NCBI GenBank assembly: GCA_012295275.1
Contig: CM022667.1
Location: 5,766,001-5,830,000, forward strand
Direction: 5' to 3'
Source of the DNA: Chrysomallon squamiferum
Lineage: Eukaryota > Animalia > Mollusca
Length of the DNA stretch: 64,000 bases
The notes beneath the pieces were generated by a model. The model did no database searches and was not told where the DNA came from. It worked only from the letters and a program-made list of their open reading frames with translations. The position numbers and the translations under genes are program-made. Position 1 is the stretch's first letter; each line of letters opens with the position of its first letter. Below, in pieces: positions 29,566-59,235 of this stretch.

Positions 29566-30417
29566 TATGCATATGCACTGTTTTAATACAGACACCAAAC
29601 ATTTAAATTTATCTGTATTTTCAGTTGGTCCAGAAAACATTAAACTGAACAGAAGTTCACCAGTACAGGTAGTAGAAGGTAAAAACGTGGCTGTTTTGTG
29701 TGAGGCAGACTGTGATGAAGTCTGCTCTTACAAGTGGAAGTGTCAGACAAAGGAAATAAACGATGCTGTACTTTCTTTTACACAAATACACAGAACAGAG
29801 GCTGGAGTTTGTGTGTGTATTGTCACCAATGTAAACACAAACAAGTCACAAAACAAAACTGTTACCTTGGATGTTCAGTGTAAGTAAACTTACAGAATTT
29901 GATTTTCAAACATAATTCATGCTTGAACATTAATACAGTGTTAAACAATTATATAAATGAATAAAGAAATGAATAATGTTCTTGGTATGTTTTATACACT
30001 TATTAAAAACTGAAAAAAAATAAAAAAAATATTATATAAAAACAGAAAAAAATTAAAAAGCATAAAAATAAATAAATAAAGGAAGAAGAAGAAGAAATTA
30101 AGAAATAAGAAATTAAGAAAGACAAGTAAAATGAAAAAAATGAAAATGGAGACAAAATATTTGATTCTAAAATATTTATCAAAATCAGATAGATTCAGAA
30201 ACTTAACATAAACATATTTACACTCATTTCGAAGTTTTCAAATTATCTGAGATGGGAACTTACCTACTTGAAACACAGATAATTTAAAATAAATAAATAA
30301 ATTAAAACTATTTATATTAGAACAAAAATATATATATATATATTTATATTTGCTGTTGCTTACTCCCATTAGTTGATGCATGACAAGTTAGTTATACGAT
30401 AGACATATAATTGGTTC

Positions 30418-30467
<50 letters not shown>

Positions 30468-33228
30468 TTGAACATTGGTTTATGATTATATATACATATG
30501 TTTATTTATTTATTTTCAGGTTGATTAACATGACATTCATTTTTTTATTTTCAGAATATACAGACTTTGTTTTCAGACTGATATTATGGGAAGGTTTTCA
30601 TTAGTTTTCATGTTGGCCCTATTCTTTATTATATTGTCTAGTAACATTCTTCATCAGTTCGTTACATTTTCCTTTATTGACTTCAAACACTTTTGTAAAA
30701 CCATGACTAATTTCAATCAGTTGATTCCTTTTCTGTCACTGACTCAAAGAGACTTGCTTCACATTTTGATGTCAATGCTCATCTATATGAGCATAAATTC
30801 AAACCTGTTCAAAGCAGACACATATTATCAAAGCCCAATCAGACTATAAAATATCATAATCACTTCAGTTTAGATGCCTTTAAAAAAAAAATTCCAAATT
30901 CGTTTTTAGTAACACAAATACAATTTTTGAATGATAAAACCCTTTTCTGCATTTTAAAATAAACGTATTCTTTCATCTGAACTGTTGATTTTTTTTTATA
31001 TCATATAATCTTACAATTCAAAAATTAAAATGGTTAATTAACAACCCAATGAATAAATTATTAAAACAATTGTCCACTTCATGAGTATAAACCTTGTTAC
31101 TTAATACTTAACTGTTTTTAACACAGTATTGTGTACTGTTTTTACTTGTTACAGATCAGATTTCAATAACATCTTTAACTTTAAACTCAAAGTCTACAAA
31201 AATAACAGTTGATGAACTGACTCCTATGTCTCTGAGATGTGAAGTTGACAGTAATCCAGCATCTCACATCAAACTGTTAAACAACTCACACATTCTATGT
31301 GAAGTGAAAAACTCCAAGTCAGTGGAGTACAGCTGGAATGAAGCTGGATGTCTGGATACAGGATTTTACACTTGTGAAGCAGGAAACAACATCAAGTCTG
31401 ATGTCAGTCAAAGTGTGCAGCTTCTTGTTAGATGTATGTCACTCTTTATCTGTCATAATATAGATTTACTTTGGGTAGTTTCAGTGGTAGTCATATGTGA
31501 ATTTTTAAAAGCATTTTGAAAAATCAGTAAACTAAACAATATTGCTATTGTAAAATTGAATTAATAAGAAGAAAAAAAAAAAAAAACTTTTATCATGGAA
31601 AAACAAAAATAAAAATAAATAATATTTTTGCCATAACAGAAAGATTTATCAGTCAGTTTAATATGTTTTATTTATGTTCAGTAATGGTTTATTGTTATAT
31701 TAAACAATGAAGAAAGTGTATGTGTGAGTGTTTGAGTATGTGTGTGTGCTGTTGTGTAATATATAACGTAATACAGTAATGTATTTTAATATCTTGTTGT
31801 TTGAACATATATTGTATTCTAAAGTAACTAAGTAATGAGTTACAAAGTGATATATTAATATAGTATTTGAAGAAAAGTAAACATTTAATTATAAAATATG
31901 CTTATAAACTGTACATATAACATAATTATTTGGTGTACCAAATCAGATATTGTGTACTGGTGGGATATGCAGTTTGTTAATTAATAAAGTTTTTCAAAAT
32001 ACACTAGAAAAAGACATTTACCTTACTTCTGCCATACCACATTCACAGACAATAATTGTTATTAGTGTTTTCACAAGTCCCAAATGTTTAATACAGATAA
32101 AATACAAACAAAGAAAAAAGTCCATATAATTTTATATCCTGAAGTTAATACATGCTGTAATTAACTGATATTAGTGATGTTTTAAGTATTTGCTATGAGC
32201 ATTTTGACAATCCATTTCATAAGTACAACAGAATACTTTAGAAACAAAAATGTGCTTATCAAATATTTTGCCTCTGGTTACAAAGTGGTAACAACAATTT
32301 TCCAAATAAATCAGCTCACTGGTGAATGTAAACAACTGTTTAGGGTTTGTGAAGAAAACAAATCTAAATCAGAAATGGGAAACAAGACCATTTTATTCAT
32401 GTCTGTTTTAAAGCATTTTTTTTAATTATCATTTCAATAAAAAATCATACTGAAATTTGTTTCTTTCAGTTACTTTTTCAGAATAGTTAAAATTGTCACT
32501 TTACATTTGTTTTTTACATACAGTTGTATTTTCTGCTAGCAGATACAGAAATTTACTGTCTGTATTATGTTTTAATTGTTAAGCTATTATATGACTTGTT
32601 GCTTTTCCCACAATACCATATTGTTGAGGCTGTGTCCAATATAGCAGACTGTCATTTAGAAAAGTTTAATTAATTTTGTATTTACAGTGTTTCTCCTGAA
32701 TGTCTTCCTTCGCAATTCCATTTTTTTGTTTTTCATTTTTGTGTTTTAGATATCTTTTGTTGGCATCTGAATAATAAGGAACTTATTTTCTACAGGTTCA
32801 CCAAGACTTGATCATCGAATTTCATTTCAGGACAAATTTGCTGCTGTAGAAGGTGGAAATGTAACTCTACACATTTCTGTGATTGCCAATCCAGTTCCAA
32901 CATTTACCTGGTATAAACTCACAGATGTAAACAATAAAAGTCTTGGATCTACACAACCTGTACTCACTACAAATGTGTCTGCTGTAGGTGAATATAAACT
33001 GACAAATGTCAAACAAGAAGATTTTGGAATCTATCAGGTTGTTCTGTCAAATGGAGAATCTAAAACAGATCTTGTGGAAAAATTAAATCTCACTGAAGAA
33101 GGTATTACATAATGTTTGGTTTTTGTAAAAGCAGAGTGTAAATATTTTCAATTTTTTAAAAAAATATTGTCTGCACAAATGACAAAAAACAAAATAAAAA
33201 AATAAAAAAAATAAAAATAAATAAATAA

Positions 33229-33265
<37 letters not shown>

Positions 33266-35636
33266 TAGTAATAGTAAGAAAGTTAAAAATCTGTATAAAA
33301 TGGGTATGTTTTATGTGTCAGAATGATGTTTGTGTGCATGTGTGTGTCATTCAATATCATTTCTGTCTTTTGTGAAACTCTTGTTCATCATTTGCATAAA
33401 TGATATTTGAGCCTGTGACAGATATTTTTGTAACATTTAACTGTTTTCTTCATGAATTAATCTGATTTGAAAGTTCAAGATTAAAAAGTTTTATCAGATG
33501 AAAAACATGATTTTTCTTTCAGAATTGTAGATATTTAAATATTCATGTATTCAGTTATAGTTGAGATAAATCCTTTATTTATAATCTTTGAGTATTTTCA
33601 ACAAACCAGTGATAAAATGTTTAATTCGAAGGTCCTCCAACTGTTCCCTCTGACGTGAGAACTTGGAGTACTGGTCCACATTCAGTGTCAGTGTCTTGGA
33701 CAGAAGAATTTAATGGAGGATCACAACAAACATTTCTTGTGCAGTATCGAGCAGACACAACATCTGAGTGGACAAATCTCACTGAACAGTTTGGTGAAAA
33801 AGGTCTTCACACAAATCACACAGCAGAGATTTCTAGTTTACAACCAAACACCAGATATCTGATTCGAGTTTTGGCTTTTAACAAATTTGGATTCAAACAC
33901 TTTACCAAGGAAAAGGAGATATTATTTTGTGGTAAGAGTCAAAGTTTGAATGGAGCTACTGCACTGACTTAATTTCCCTTATACTTTCAGTACAGTGAAA
34001 TATTAATTTAATAGGCCTTTTACAGTAAAACTGCAGAAAACATTAATATTAATTATTATAACTGTGCGATTGCTAAATGTAATAATAATTGTCAAGTTAC
34101 TTTAACATACCATGAGGTACAACTAGAAAATATTGTTCAAATTATATATCAGTTATTATTATTATTATAATTATTATTATTATTATTATTTTCAGACTGT
34201 ACATCAGAAAAGGACAGATTACTGTGGACAGGAATTGGTATTGGTATTGGAATTACACTGCTTGCAATTTTTCTTATTGGTGCAGTTATTATTTTAATTC
34301 ACTGGATTAAAACAAGTGAATATTTTTTAATTTTTTTTAATTTTTTTGTTTATTTGGTTTTTATTTTTATTATTATTATTATTAAGGCACTGCTACATTC
34401 AAATGAAATGATTTTATTTTTCCTGTTTCTTTGCACATAATTACTTATATATTTTTCTTTAATTGATGGTTGTTTCTTATTGTTATTAATATGTTTGTAA
34501 TTTTATAGTAAATCAGGACTGATAATCTAATTAATGTCATTTCACCTCTTTTACATTTAATTTTGATTTTTTATTTTATTTTAGAGAAGTGTATAACAGA
34601 TCACGTTTATACAGAAAGGTAATTAATATTACAGTATATTGAGACACCAAAATAAAGATCAAAGTTAAACTGATATGAAACATACATTGTTTATCAATAC
34701 ATGTTGAGTTCACTTAATACTTATACAAATTTATTGCTATTTAATATTATTATTTTTTTAATTTATTTTTTAAATCCTTTTATTTATTTTGCTTATTTAT
34801 TTATCTATTTATTTGTTTATATATTTCTCTTAAAGATGCTATTTTAATATACTCAAAACTAAAATAATTAAATAATGGGAAAGTTTTGTTTGTTTCAGAC
34901 AGTTTAACACTGGAGTACAGGAATCTTCTTTCTATGACGATCTTCAACAAAATCAAAGTCAGTAAAACCTGTTAGTTTTTAGAATAGAAAAAACAAATAA
35001 ATAAAAATAATAATAAATTATTAAATAACTGAAAGAGAAACATAATCAAAATCAATATAAATACAGTGAGTTGTAGTTTTTATTTTATTTTAATTTTTTT
35101 TTCTTTCGTTTTTGACTTGCTTATAAAAATATAAGATTTAGCTGAAAACTACAGTTTATAATTGCTGTTACCAAACCAGTCTAAGTCTGCTATTAGGCCA
35201 CACAGGAAAGACAGACATGATATCAAACTGCTCACTGTAACTATGGTAATAAAATATTTTGTGATTCATAGATTATCTCTCTACCATGAATATATAATTA
35301 TGAACTATAAATGGAATAGGCATAATACAAAATCTTAGTTAATATGATCTGTTATATTTTGAAAACCATAACTAATCTTTAAATTTCATTCTTTGATCAA
35401 CACACAGACAACTATCTTAATTGCTATTTACTCTGTGTGCTGATCTTCCACTACTTCTAATATTACTACTACTGTATAAGACATGATGTGCAACTATTAC
35501 ACATTTGGTTTCAGATACTGAGAGAGATACAGATACTACAAACAATTACTCATCACTGGAAGCTAGAAAAGACTCACCATACTCTGTACTCACTGTCTAT
35601 GACAACTCACAAGTCAGAGACAGCGTTGAAACATAG
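22808..35636 (+). CDS. Gene C: complete type I IgSF receptor, SP-V-C2-C2-I-I-FN3-TM-cytoplasmic ITIM+ITAM, 722 aa (nephrin/CEACAM/Alr-like architecture)
   Basis: 11 exons: 22808-22883, 24407-24769, 28512-28766, 29625-29879, 31155-31433, 32796-33101, 33632-33931, 34196-34315, 34585-34618, 34899-34957, 35515-35636; all GT-AG, total 2169 nt, open to TAG. Confidence 0.88.
24407..24769 (+). CDS. Gene C V-like Ig exon
   Basis: FTLTC...DQC...VECGDGT...YSVTI...DVADWFC; 363 nt, phase 1-1. Confidence 0.9.
28512..28766 (+). CDS. Gene C C2-like Ig exon a
   Basis: GPD...NCVAVCKPPCLFSW...YTC; 255 nt, phase 1-1. Confidence 0.9.
29625..29879 (+). CDS. Gene C C2-like Ig exon b
   Basis: GPE...LCEADCDEVCSYKW...EAGVCVC; 255 nt, phase 1-1. 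Confidence 0.9.
31155..31433 (+). CDS. Gene C I/C2-like Ig exon c
   Basis: LRCEVDSNP...CLDTGFYTCEAGN; 279 nt, phase 1-1. Confidence 0.9.
32796..33101 (+). CDS. Gene C I-set Ig exon d (lacks the canonical B/F cysteines)
   Basis: VIANPVPTFTWYK...EDFGIYQV..SNG; 306 nt, phase 1-1. Confidence 0.88.
33632..33931 (+). CDS. Gene C fibronectin type III exon
   Basis: GPP.VP...VSW..EFNGGSQQTFLVQY...LQPNTRYLIRVLAFNKFG; 300 nt. Confidence 0.92.
34196..34315 (+). CDS. Gene C transmembrane exon
   Basis: DCTSEKDRLLWTGIGIGIGITLLAIFLIGAVIILIHWIKT; 120 nt as in the paralog 55077-55196; weak donor gtgaat. Confidence 0.85.
34585..35636 (+). CDS. Gene C cytoplasmic exons (34585-34618, 34899-34957, 35515-35636)
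   Basis: KKCITDHVYTER / QFNTGVQESSFYDDLQQNQ / NTERDTDTTNNYSSLEARKDSPYSVLTVYDNSQVRDSVET*. Confidence 0.85.
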
Positions 35637-35801
35637 ATATATTTGTTTTATTATTATTTAATTTTTTTTTTTTTTTTTTGAATTTCAGATATGCTTACAT
35701 GTTCTTTGAAATAAAGTGTTAAATGTACATGAACATTCTTTTATGAAATAATTAAAAAGTGACAGATAAAGTGTTTATATCCTTCCCATTTCAATTCTGA
35801 T

Positions 35802-35850
<49 letters not shown>

Positions 35851-35859
35851 GTTATATTA

Positions 35860-35890
<31 letters not shown>

Positions 35891-36417
35891 TTTATATTTG
35901 AAGAACAAGAAGAAGAAGAATCATGTTTTTTCATGAAATTACACTTACGTAACGTTCCTTCCCAACCCTGGGAAAATACACGTGGTTCTTTGTAGCCAAC
36001 AACTTTTTCCCCAGTCGCACAAGAAGGCTACAATTAGTGTTAACTCAAAGTCCATGATGTCCTTTGTTTTTTTTTTTTTTTTTTTTTTTTTTTATTGTTG
36101 TTGTTTTGGTTTGATTTTTTGTTTTCTTATATATATTTTTTTTGAGTAAATCTTTGTTCCGGAACCTTAGAAAACATTTTTATTTATTTATTTATTTATT
36201 TATTTGTTTGTTTATTTATTTATTTATTTATAATTTTTATTTTATTATTATTATTATTATAATTTTTGTATTATTACTTTGTTTTTTGGTACTGACAATT
36301 CTTTACCTTTTCGCGTAAAAATCCTAGATCAAGTATAACTTTCAAAAACAGCAATTTATGCTTTTCTAATGAAGACGGAGATTATTTTGATGATATAAAT
36401 CTGATGATATAAATCTA

Positions 36418-36779
36418 CAGTGGTACCTCGACTTACGAGTTTAATTCGTTCCGTGACTGAGCTCGTATCTCAATTTGCTCGTATATCAAAACAAGTTTCC
36501 TTACTGAAATTAATTCAAATACCATTAGTCCGTTCCAGCCTCCCACTCTTTTTTTTTCCAACGTATTTTTAAACAATGGACATCATCCGCTTCTCCTCAG
36601 CACTATCCTTTGCACTCACTTTCTTACGATCATTGATGAGAAAAAAGAAATTTGGCAGAATGCTGCAAAAAAACAAACAAAAAAAAAAACATGCGAACAC
36701 AGCACAACAGAGATGCTTCCAGGTCCAGGTAACTCGAAAAACTTATAACTTGGGGCACGCGTAAGTCGAGGTACCGTTG
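36418..36779. mobile_element. Tc1/mariner-superfamily (pogo/Tigger-like) MITE, 362 bp
   Basis: 20-bp terminal inverted repeats CAGTGGTACCTCGACTTACG / CGTAAGTCGAGGTACCGTTG (2 mismatches), TA on both flanks. Confidence 0.85.
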
Positions 36780-37119
36780 TATTTTGTTTAGTTCCGTGAA
36801 TAATGAAAGTCCCGGGAGGTAGACATATCTAATTGGTTTATGTTCTGCGCTGCAGTTACGAGACGCCTTGGACGGATCTAATTGGTTTGCATGTTCTGCT
36901 TTGTGGTATGAACCGTGTTTGTTTCACCGGCATAGAATGTTGTGTGATATCTGTCATTACACTTCCATTAATTGACTAGGTATCTGTGTGTTTTTTTTTG
37001 TTTTTTTGTTTATTTGCTCATATTCTGCTCTACCAATTTACTGTTTGGCTCTTTCCCGAGATTAACCTCTATAAAGTTTTATGTCAAACTGGAAAACTAT
37101 TTCACATTTAACATTAAAG

Positions 37120-37360
37120 CAGCTGACGATAAGAGGCGGACGACATTTGTATTACAACCAGCACAAATTTCGTGTAAATAGGAAGTGTGGAGAGAAAATT
37201 TACCTGGTGTATTACGTCGCAATGCAGAGCCTACGTTGTGACTGTGGACAACCTGCTCCAGATGGCAGACCAGATACAGTACAACTACGCGGCCGTGCCA
37301 TTTATTAAGCATGTTGATGCGTTCAAGGCGAAACTCATAGAAAGAGCTAAAATGAAACAA
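37120..37360 (+). mobile_element. Frameshifted FLYWCH zinc-finger fragment (probably MULE transposase relic)
   Basis: TIRGGRHLYYNQHKFRVNRKCGEKIY then, after a frameshift, WCITSQCRAYVVT; this fits the FLYWCH pattern. Confidence 0.6.
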
Positions 37361-37436
37361 CATCAATTCCTAGGATTTACCCCGATGACATTTCCAATCT
37401 CAGGAAGAACCATGACGTTGTCCCTGACGGGTTTTT

Positions 37437-37487
<51 letters not shown>

Positions 37488-38029
37488 CAATGGAGACATA
37501 GAAGATGAATTCTATTTTGTATCACAATATTTATCTCATAATAATATCATATTTAAAGAAATACTTGTATACAAGAGCATCTACTTTTAACATAATCAAT
37601 TTTTTGTCTTCAGAAAATAAAATGCTTCAAGGAATCGTGATAAATACGTAAGTTGTAGTAGTAGTAGTAGTAGTAGCTGCGGTACAGTATCATCTTGTGG
37701 TTTACCTTTTCACTGCGCACACCGTCAACCAAGTAAAACGGCAAATAATGAGTCCCGGGACATCGACAGATCCTCACCCGCTAAGTAGTCACAATTTTAG
37801 GATCATTTATACAAGTTGTCGACTTCGTGTGCCATAACCAAATGAACTGAGGACTAAATTCAGTTTGAATTTGAGTCATCGAATATAATTAGGCGTTTTA
37901 CTGTATTTTAAACTTTTGAAAGAAAACAGTCAAAATGGCATTCAGTTTTTAGCCAATTTTAGTGAGCTCACATCTAATATAGATGAATCTTGGAAATATT
38001 AGTAGCATCTAATGTTAAAGATACATATA

Positions 38030-38240
38030 GATTAGGATTTTGAATATTCTCAGATTTATGTACCTCTGAATAGACTCTGCACATAGACAATATTCGGGAA
38101 CACCCTGGCGCAGGAGGACAAAGTCCAGTCACGACCTCACAAACACCGCCAAGTGCCGCTGACGAGACTCGAACGTATGGCACCCATTCGACCGCACCCC
38201 GCAGGCGGACGATGTTACCGTTTGGCCACCGAGACAACCC
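38030..38240 (-). mobile_element. tRNA-derived SINE-like element (partial second copy of its 3' part at ~38357-38447)
   Basis: Minus-strand Pol III A box TGGCCAAACGG and B box GTTCGAGTC in a GC-rich island; no intact cloverleaf. Confidence 0.5.
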
Positions 38241-38443
38241 TAAAAAAAAGCTGCTCAATAACCGAGGGTAATCGGAAGCACGCCGATCTTTGTCTTTCGT
38301 CATTTTCGCGTGCACCTATTTTCTTGTGGGAAAGCTGACACTTGCAAGTATGTAGTTTAGGATTTTGAATATTCTCTGTCGTATGTACTTCTTAATAGAC
38401 TACACATAGACAATATTCGGAAAGGCACTGGCGCAGGAGGACA

Positions 38444-38474
<31 letters not shown>

Positions 38475-38545
38475 ATTTATCAGTATGTTTTGCAAAAAAC
38501 AAACAAACAAACAAACAAACAAGTGGCTTTATAATAATCACAGTG

Positions 38546-38709
38546 CGGGAAAATAGGGACCAATCAGATACCCCATAAACTTCTGACAGCAAAATGTTAG
38601 TGACATCTATCCACTATCAGTGCAACTACTACTATACGTGTGACCTTCACCCCTATTGTTTAGAGAGGTTTGGAGCAGTCCATCAACACCTTGAGCAATT
38701 TCATTTTAT

Positions 38710-38742
<33 letters not shown>

Positions 38743-39773
38743 GGGGGGTGGTGGTTACAGTTTAATACTGAGGTGATAAACTGATCCTGTGTTTTTTTGT
38801 TAGTAATTTATTTTGACTTTTGTCGATTGGCCATGTGCGTCTCTGGCACAGGGGGCTAACATGATGAAAGTTCTGTTGGGGATCTAAAGGGTCCCATGAG
38901 CAGGTGACTCATTGGATTCCACTGCATTTCAGAGGAATATACAGCTACCAAATTGATGTCATTTGATAGATAATTTATTACTGGTTTAACTTTTATTCTG
39001 GACAGACTAGAGTGCTGTATCTTGTATAAAAAGAATGCCTAGAAAGAAAGAAAGGACGACAGAAGTCTCTTTTCAGCAGAGCTAATGAAAAGCACTACTC
39101 ACTAATCACACAACCGAAAGATGACGATGGGGACTATGAAGTTCAGTTTCTCAGAAATTCTGCCAGGCACACTATGTCATTTGCATTTATTGAGCCTGTC
39201 CAGGAAGAAATAAGCTCATTTGAGTCAGATTTGATTTTGGGTGTCCTTGCTAAGCCTTTTGTGCAAACTACCAAAAGACAGAAGGAAATCATACAGTACA
39301 GTTTCAGTTTTGACGGGTTCAATCTTGAATAAGATTCAGCGTTAGTTCAGGACTATTGAAACTGCACTGAAACCATGGTCATTGAGTCAACAGCACAATA
39401 TGCCCTAGACTGAGGTCAATGTGTTGAAAATTATTTCATTGTAGTATGTGCATCTCAGATGAAATCTATGACAGGAATTAAAAAAAAATTAAAAAAAGAG
39501 AAGAAGATTTACATGTGTTTCACTGTTTGAAATTATCGCCCATAGGACCCTAGCGGGTGGCTCACTGGTCCCTTACCCTGGGGCCGGAAGAGCTACCACG
39601 GTCCCTGTTACATAAGTGTCTCCCATATCGATGTTGTTGAAGACAACTGTCAAACTCCATATTGTAGTCAAGAGCGATAAAGACTCTGTAAGCTTTTAAA
39701 TCAACAGCTATTAAGGTTTGGATGAAATGTCCAAATCTACTAAAAATGGCTCTTAGCTGCCCGCTTTCCCCTG
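38546..39773 (+). mobile_element. Internally deleted pogo-like DNA transposon
   Basis: N-terminus MPRKKERTT.. at 39035 followed closely by a C-terminal segment DDGDYEVQFLRNS...TKRQ...FSFDGFNLE* (~39119-39332); imperfect GGG(G/A)AAA-type termini. Boundaries approximate. Confidence 0.5.
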
Positions 39774-39904
39774 ATATAACCTACGAAATAAATTCTTTGC
39801 GCTAATAGCTGTGATGGAAAATTAGTTCGTTGTTAACTTTTGACTTCACGCACCCATGAACTAAACAGAAAGGACGATTAATGAGTACCAGGATGTACAA
39901 CTCA

Positions 39905-40200
39905 TTTCAGGATCATTTATACAAGTTTAAACACTTCCCAGGCTATAACCCTTTGTACCTACCCGCTGCAGAGATAATGCATGGCCTCGTTTTAGTTTTC
40001 ATGTCACCTTAGTGGAAGTTCGCGGTGAGTTAATCTCTGGTATCAAATGATCGCTAATAATTGCAGTAAAAAGTCAAAACAAAACAAGGACTGAGACAAT
40101 ATTTATTTACAATAACCACTTAACTTTAGTTCAGATGGAAAATCGGATGTTACTGCACTAACTACACTCGGACAGAAGTACACATTCTAACAGAGCAAAC
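39905..40200 (+). promoter_or_regulatory. Conserved proximal promoter block of gene D
   Basis: Homologous to 22420-22730; AGATAA at 39972, GGAAGT at 40014. Confidence 0.55.
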
Positions 40201-40221
40201 AAGTAATAAATAGTGTCGACG

Positions 40222-56720
<16,499 letters not shown>

Positions 56721-57076
56721 ATCATACGTCTCTTTCTTTTATATAAAATATTATAAAATTATTTATTGATTCATTGACTGACAGATGTATGGGATTTACT
56801 GATTTGTGAAATAATAATAATAATAATAATATGAGAGAAAGGACAAGGCTTTTCACACATTGTACTATAAAACTGTTTATATTCTGTTTTTATATTTCAG
56901 TATTGTTTTAGAATATTTATCATTGAATCTGATCACTGAACTTGATGAACAACATATCTGTGAGAACGAAAACAGCTCTGTTGGAGATAAACAGACATAT
57001 TATTTCTATTTCTTCTTATAATAATTATCTTATTTCTGAATAAGAAAACTGAACAAATGACATTTGAAACTGGAAT

Positions 57077-57146
<70 letters not shown>

Positions 57147-57920
57147 GTATACAGTATAATATATTATTATGATATATAAGATTATGAACTTACAATATAA
57201 TAATTCCTAAAATAGTTAAGGATTTGCAAAAAATATTAAATTCAATATTTAACAAATAAAAATAATATTGATAATCTGGTAAATGCACCTGAATAAATAA
57301 ATTTATAAGAAAATAATATATATATATATCATTTAAAGGTGTCTGTATGCAAACATCACTTTACTATAGAACTTGCTTTAAAACATATTTTAGAAGAAAT
57401 TGCTTTATTTTCTTTCATTTTGATATGTTTGTACAAGTAATTGATATTGTTAAAGTTTTGTGATGTGTTAGATACGATATTCCAACCAATTAAGCTTGCA
57501 AAACAAAGAAAATAACACAACCACAAGAAAATAATAAAAATAAAACACACTAACTTATACCTAATATACAAATCATATGTTTCATATTCCTACAAAAATT
57601 AGTTAGCTGTGTTCATTTTAAACTTGAACTGTTAATTGTTGTATCAAATAATTATTACATTTCATTTGCAACTGGTATTCAGTGACTTAATAAACATAAT
57701 TTTCAAGTACTATAAATGATCCATGGAATAAATCCAAATCATTGTAACATTTTGTAAAAAAAAAAAAAAAATGTCTTTGAACCAAAAACTTTAAATGATT
57801 ATAAATAACACTTAACATATTAGTTGATAAATAAACCTTTTTGGAAAAATAAAATTTATCTGAAATGAAACTGCAAAGTGTAACATTAAGTAAAAGCCAA
57901 AAAACAAAATAAATAAAAAA

Positions 57921-57951
<31 letters not shown>

Positions 57952-58095
57952 AAATAAATGTATTTGTTTCTTCTCTATAATTAAATAAATAAACCGAACT
58001 CAAATATATTACCTCAAAGAATAATAACAACTAAAACAGTTTTAAATATTACACATTAATTAAAGCCAATCAGCCAGAAGATTTATCTAAGGAAA

Positions 58096-58154
<59 letters not shown>

Positions 58155-58559
58155 TTCGGCATTTTACATCGTTTTGCTTACTGTTCCTTCAAGCTATGTT
58201 TATAGACAAAGAAACTTGCAATTAGATTGCAATTGATACAAAATAAATAAACAGCAGTAAAGTTAAAAACCGAACACACAAATTATTTATTTTCTGGTAG
58301 CTGATATCCTGTTTCCCTTTGTCGGACTCGACCGAATATTGCCTAACCACATTATTAAAATAAAAACTATAAAATCAAAGACAAAATTAGAATATACTCC
58401 TCGAGCCAACTGTGATAAATCACTGTTTAGAAAAAGCTATAATGTAAATAAATAAATGTAAAAAAAAAAAATGTAGTAGATGCGTTATGTTAATTAAAAA
58501 ATTCGGTTAGGATCCATTTCACAGTAAAATCTGCTAAATAATATTAATAAATACCATTA

Positions 58560-59191
58560 TCATTCTCATTTTGAATATTACATAAATTATTTCGTTTTTA
58601 TTGCAAAGATTTTGTTTTATTAATTAAATATATTTATAAAACAACAACGTGTTCTAAATGTCAAATCAATAATAATAATAAACAAATGAAAACTAAAATT
58701 ATGTCCCTTTACATAACCAGAGTTCGGTGAATCGTAGTTTGGCGAATTCAAGACGAGCAAGCTGATTGGTCTACGTGATCAGACCACTGTTTATACTTCC
58801 TGGTACTTTTATCGTCATAGCCTCAAGATAAACACAGTACCGGTTTGGTGAGAAACTGGTTATATCTCCCAACACACAACTGATCATCTGCAGTTTTTTT
58901 TCTTCAGATTTCTGAGGACATATAATCATAATAGTATACAGAATTTGTGTGTGTGTGTTTGTGTTTTAACAACAACAACAAAAAAAAGTATTATGTGCTG
59001 GAATCTTAAATTCACATAAATCTAACGTATATTCGAAGTTATGTTTTTTACATATAATTATCATACAGAAGGAAGATCTAATTGTATGGTATTTCAAAGC
59101 ACGTTTCGTGCTTTTTATTGCTATTGTTTCGTTCCATTAATTAAATATATCTATAAAACAATAATGTGGATATAAATTCAAATTTATAATG

Positions 59192-59235
<44 letters not shown>

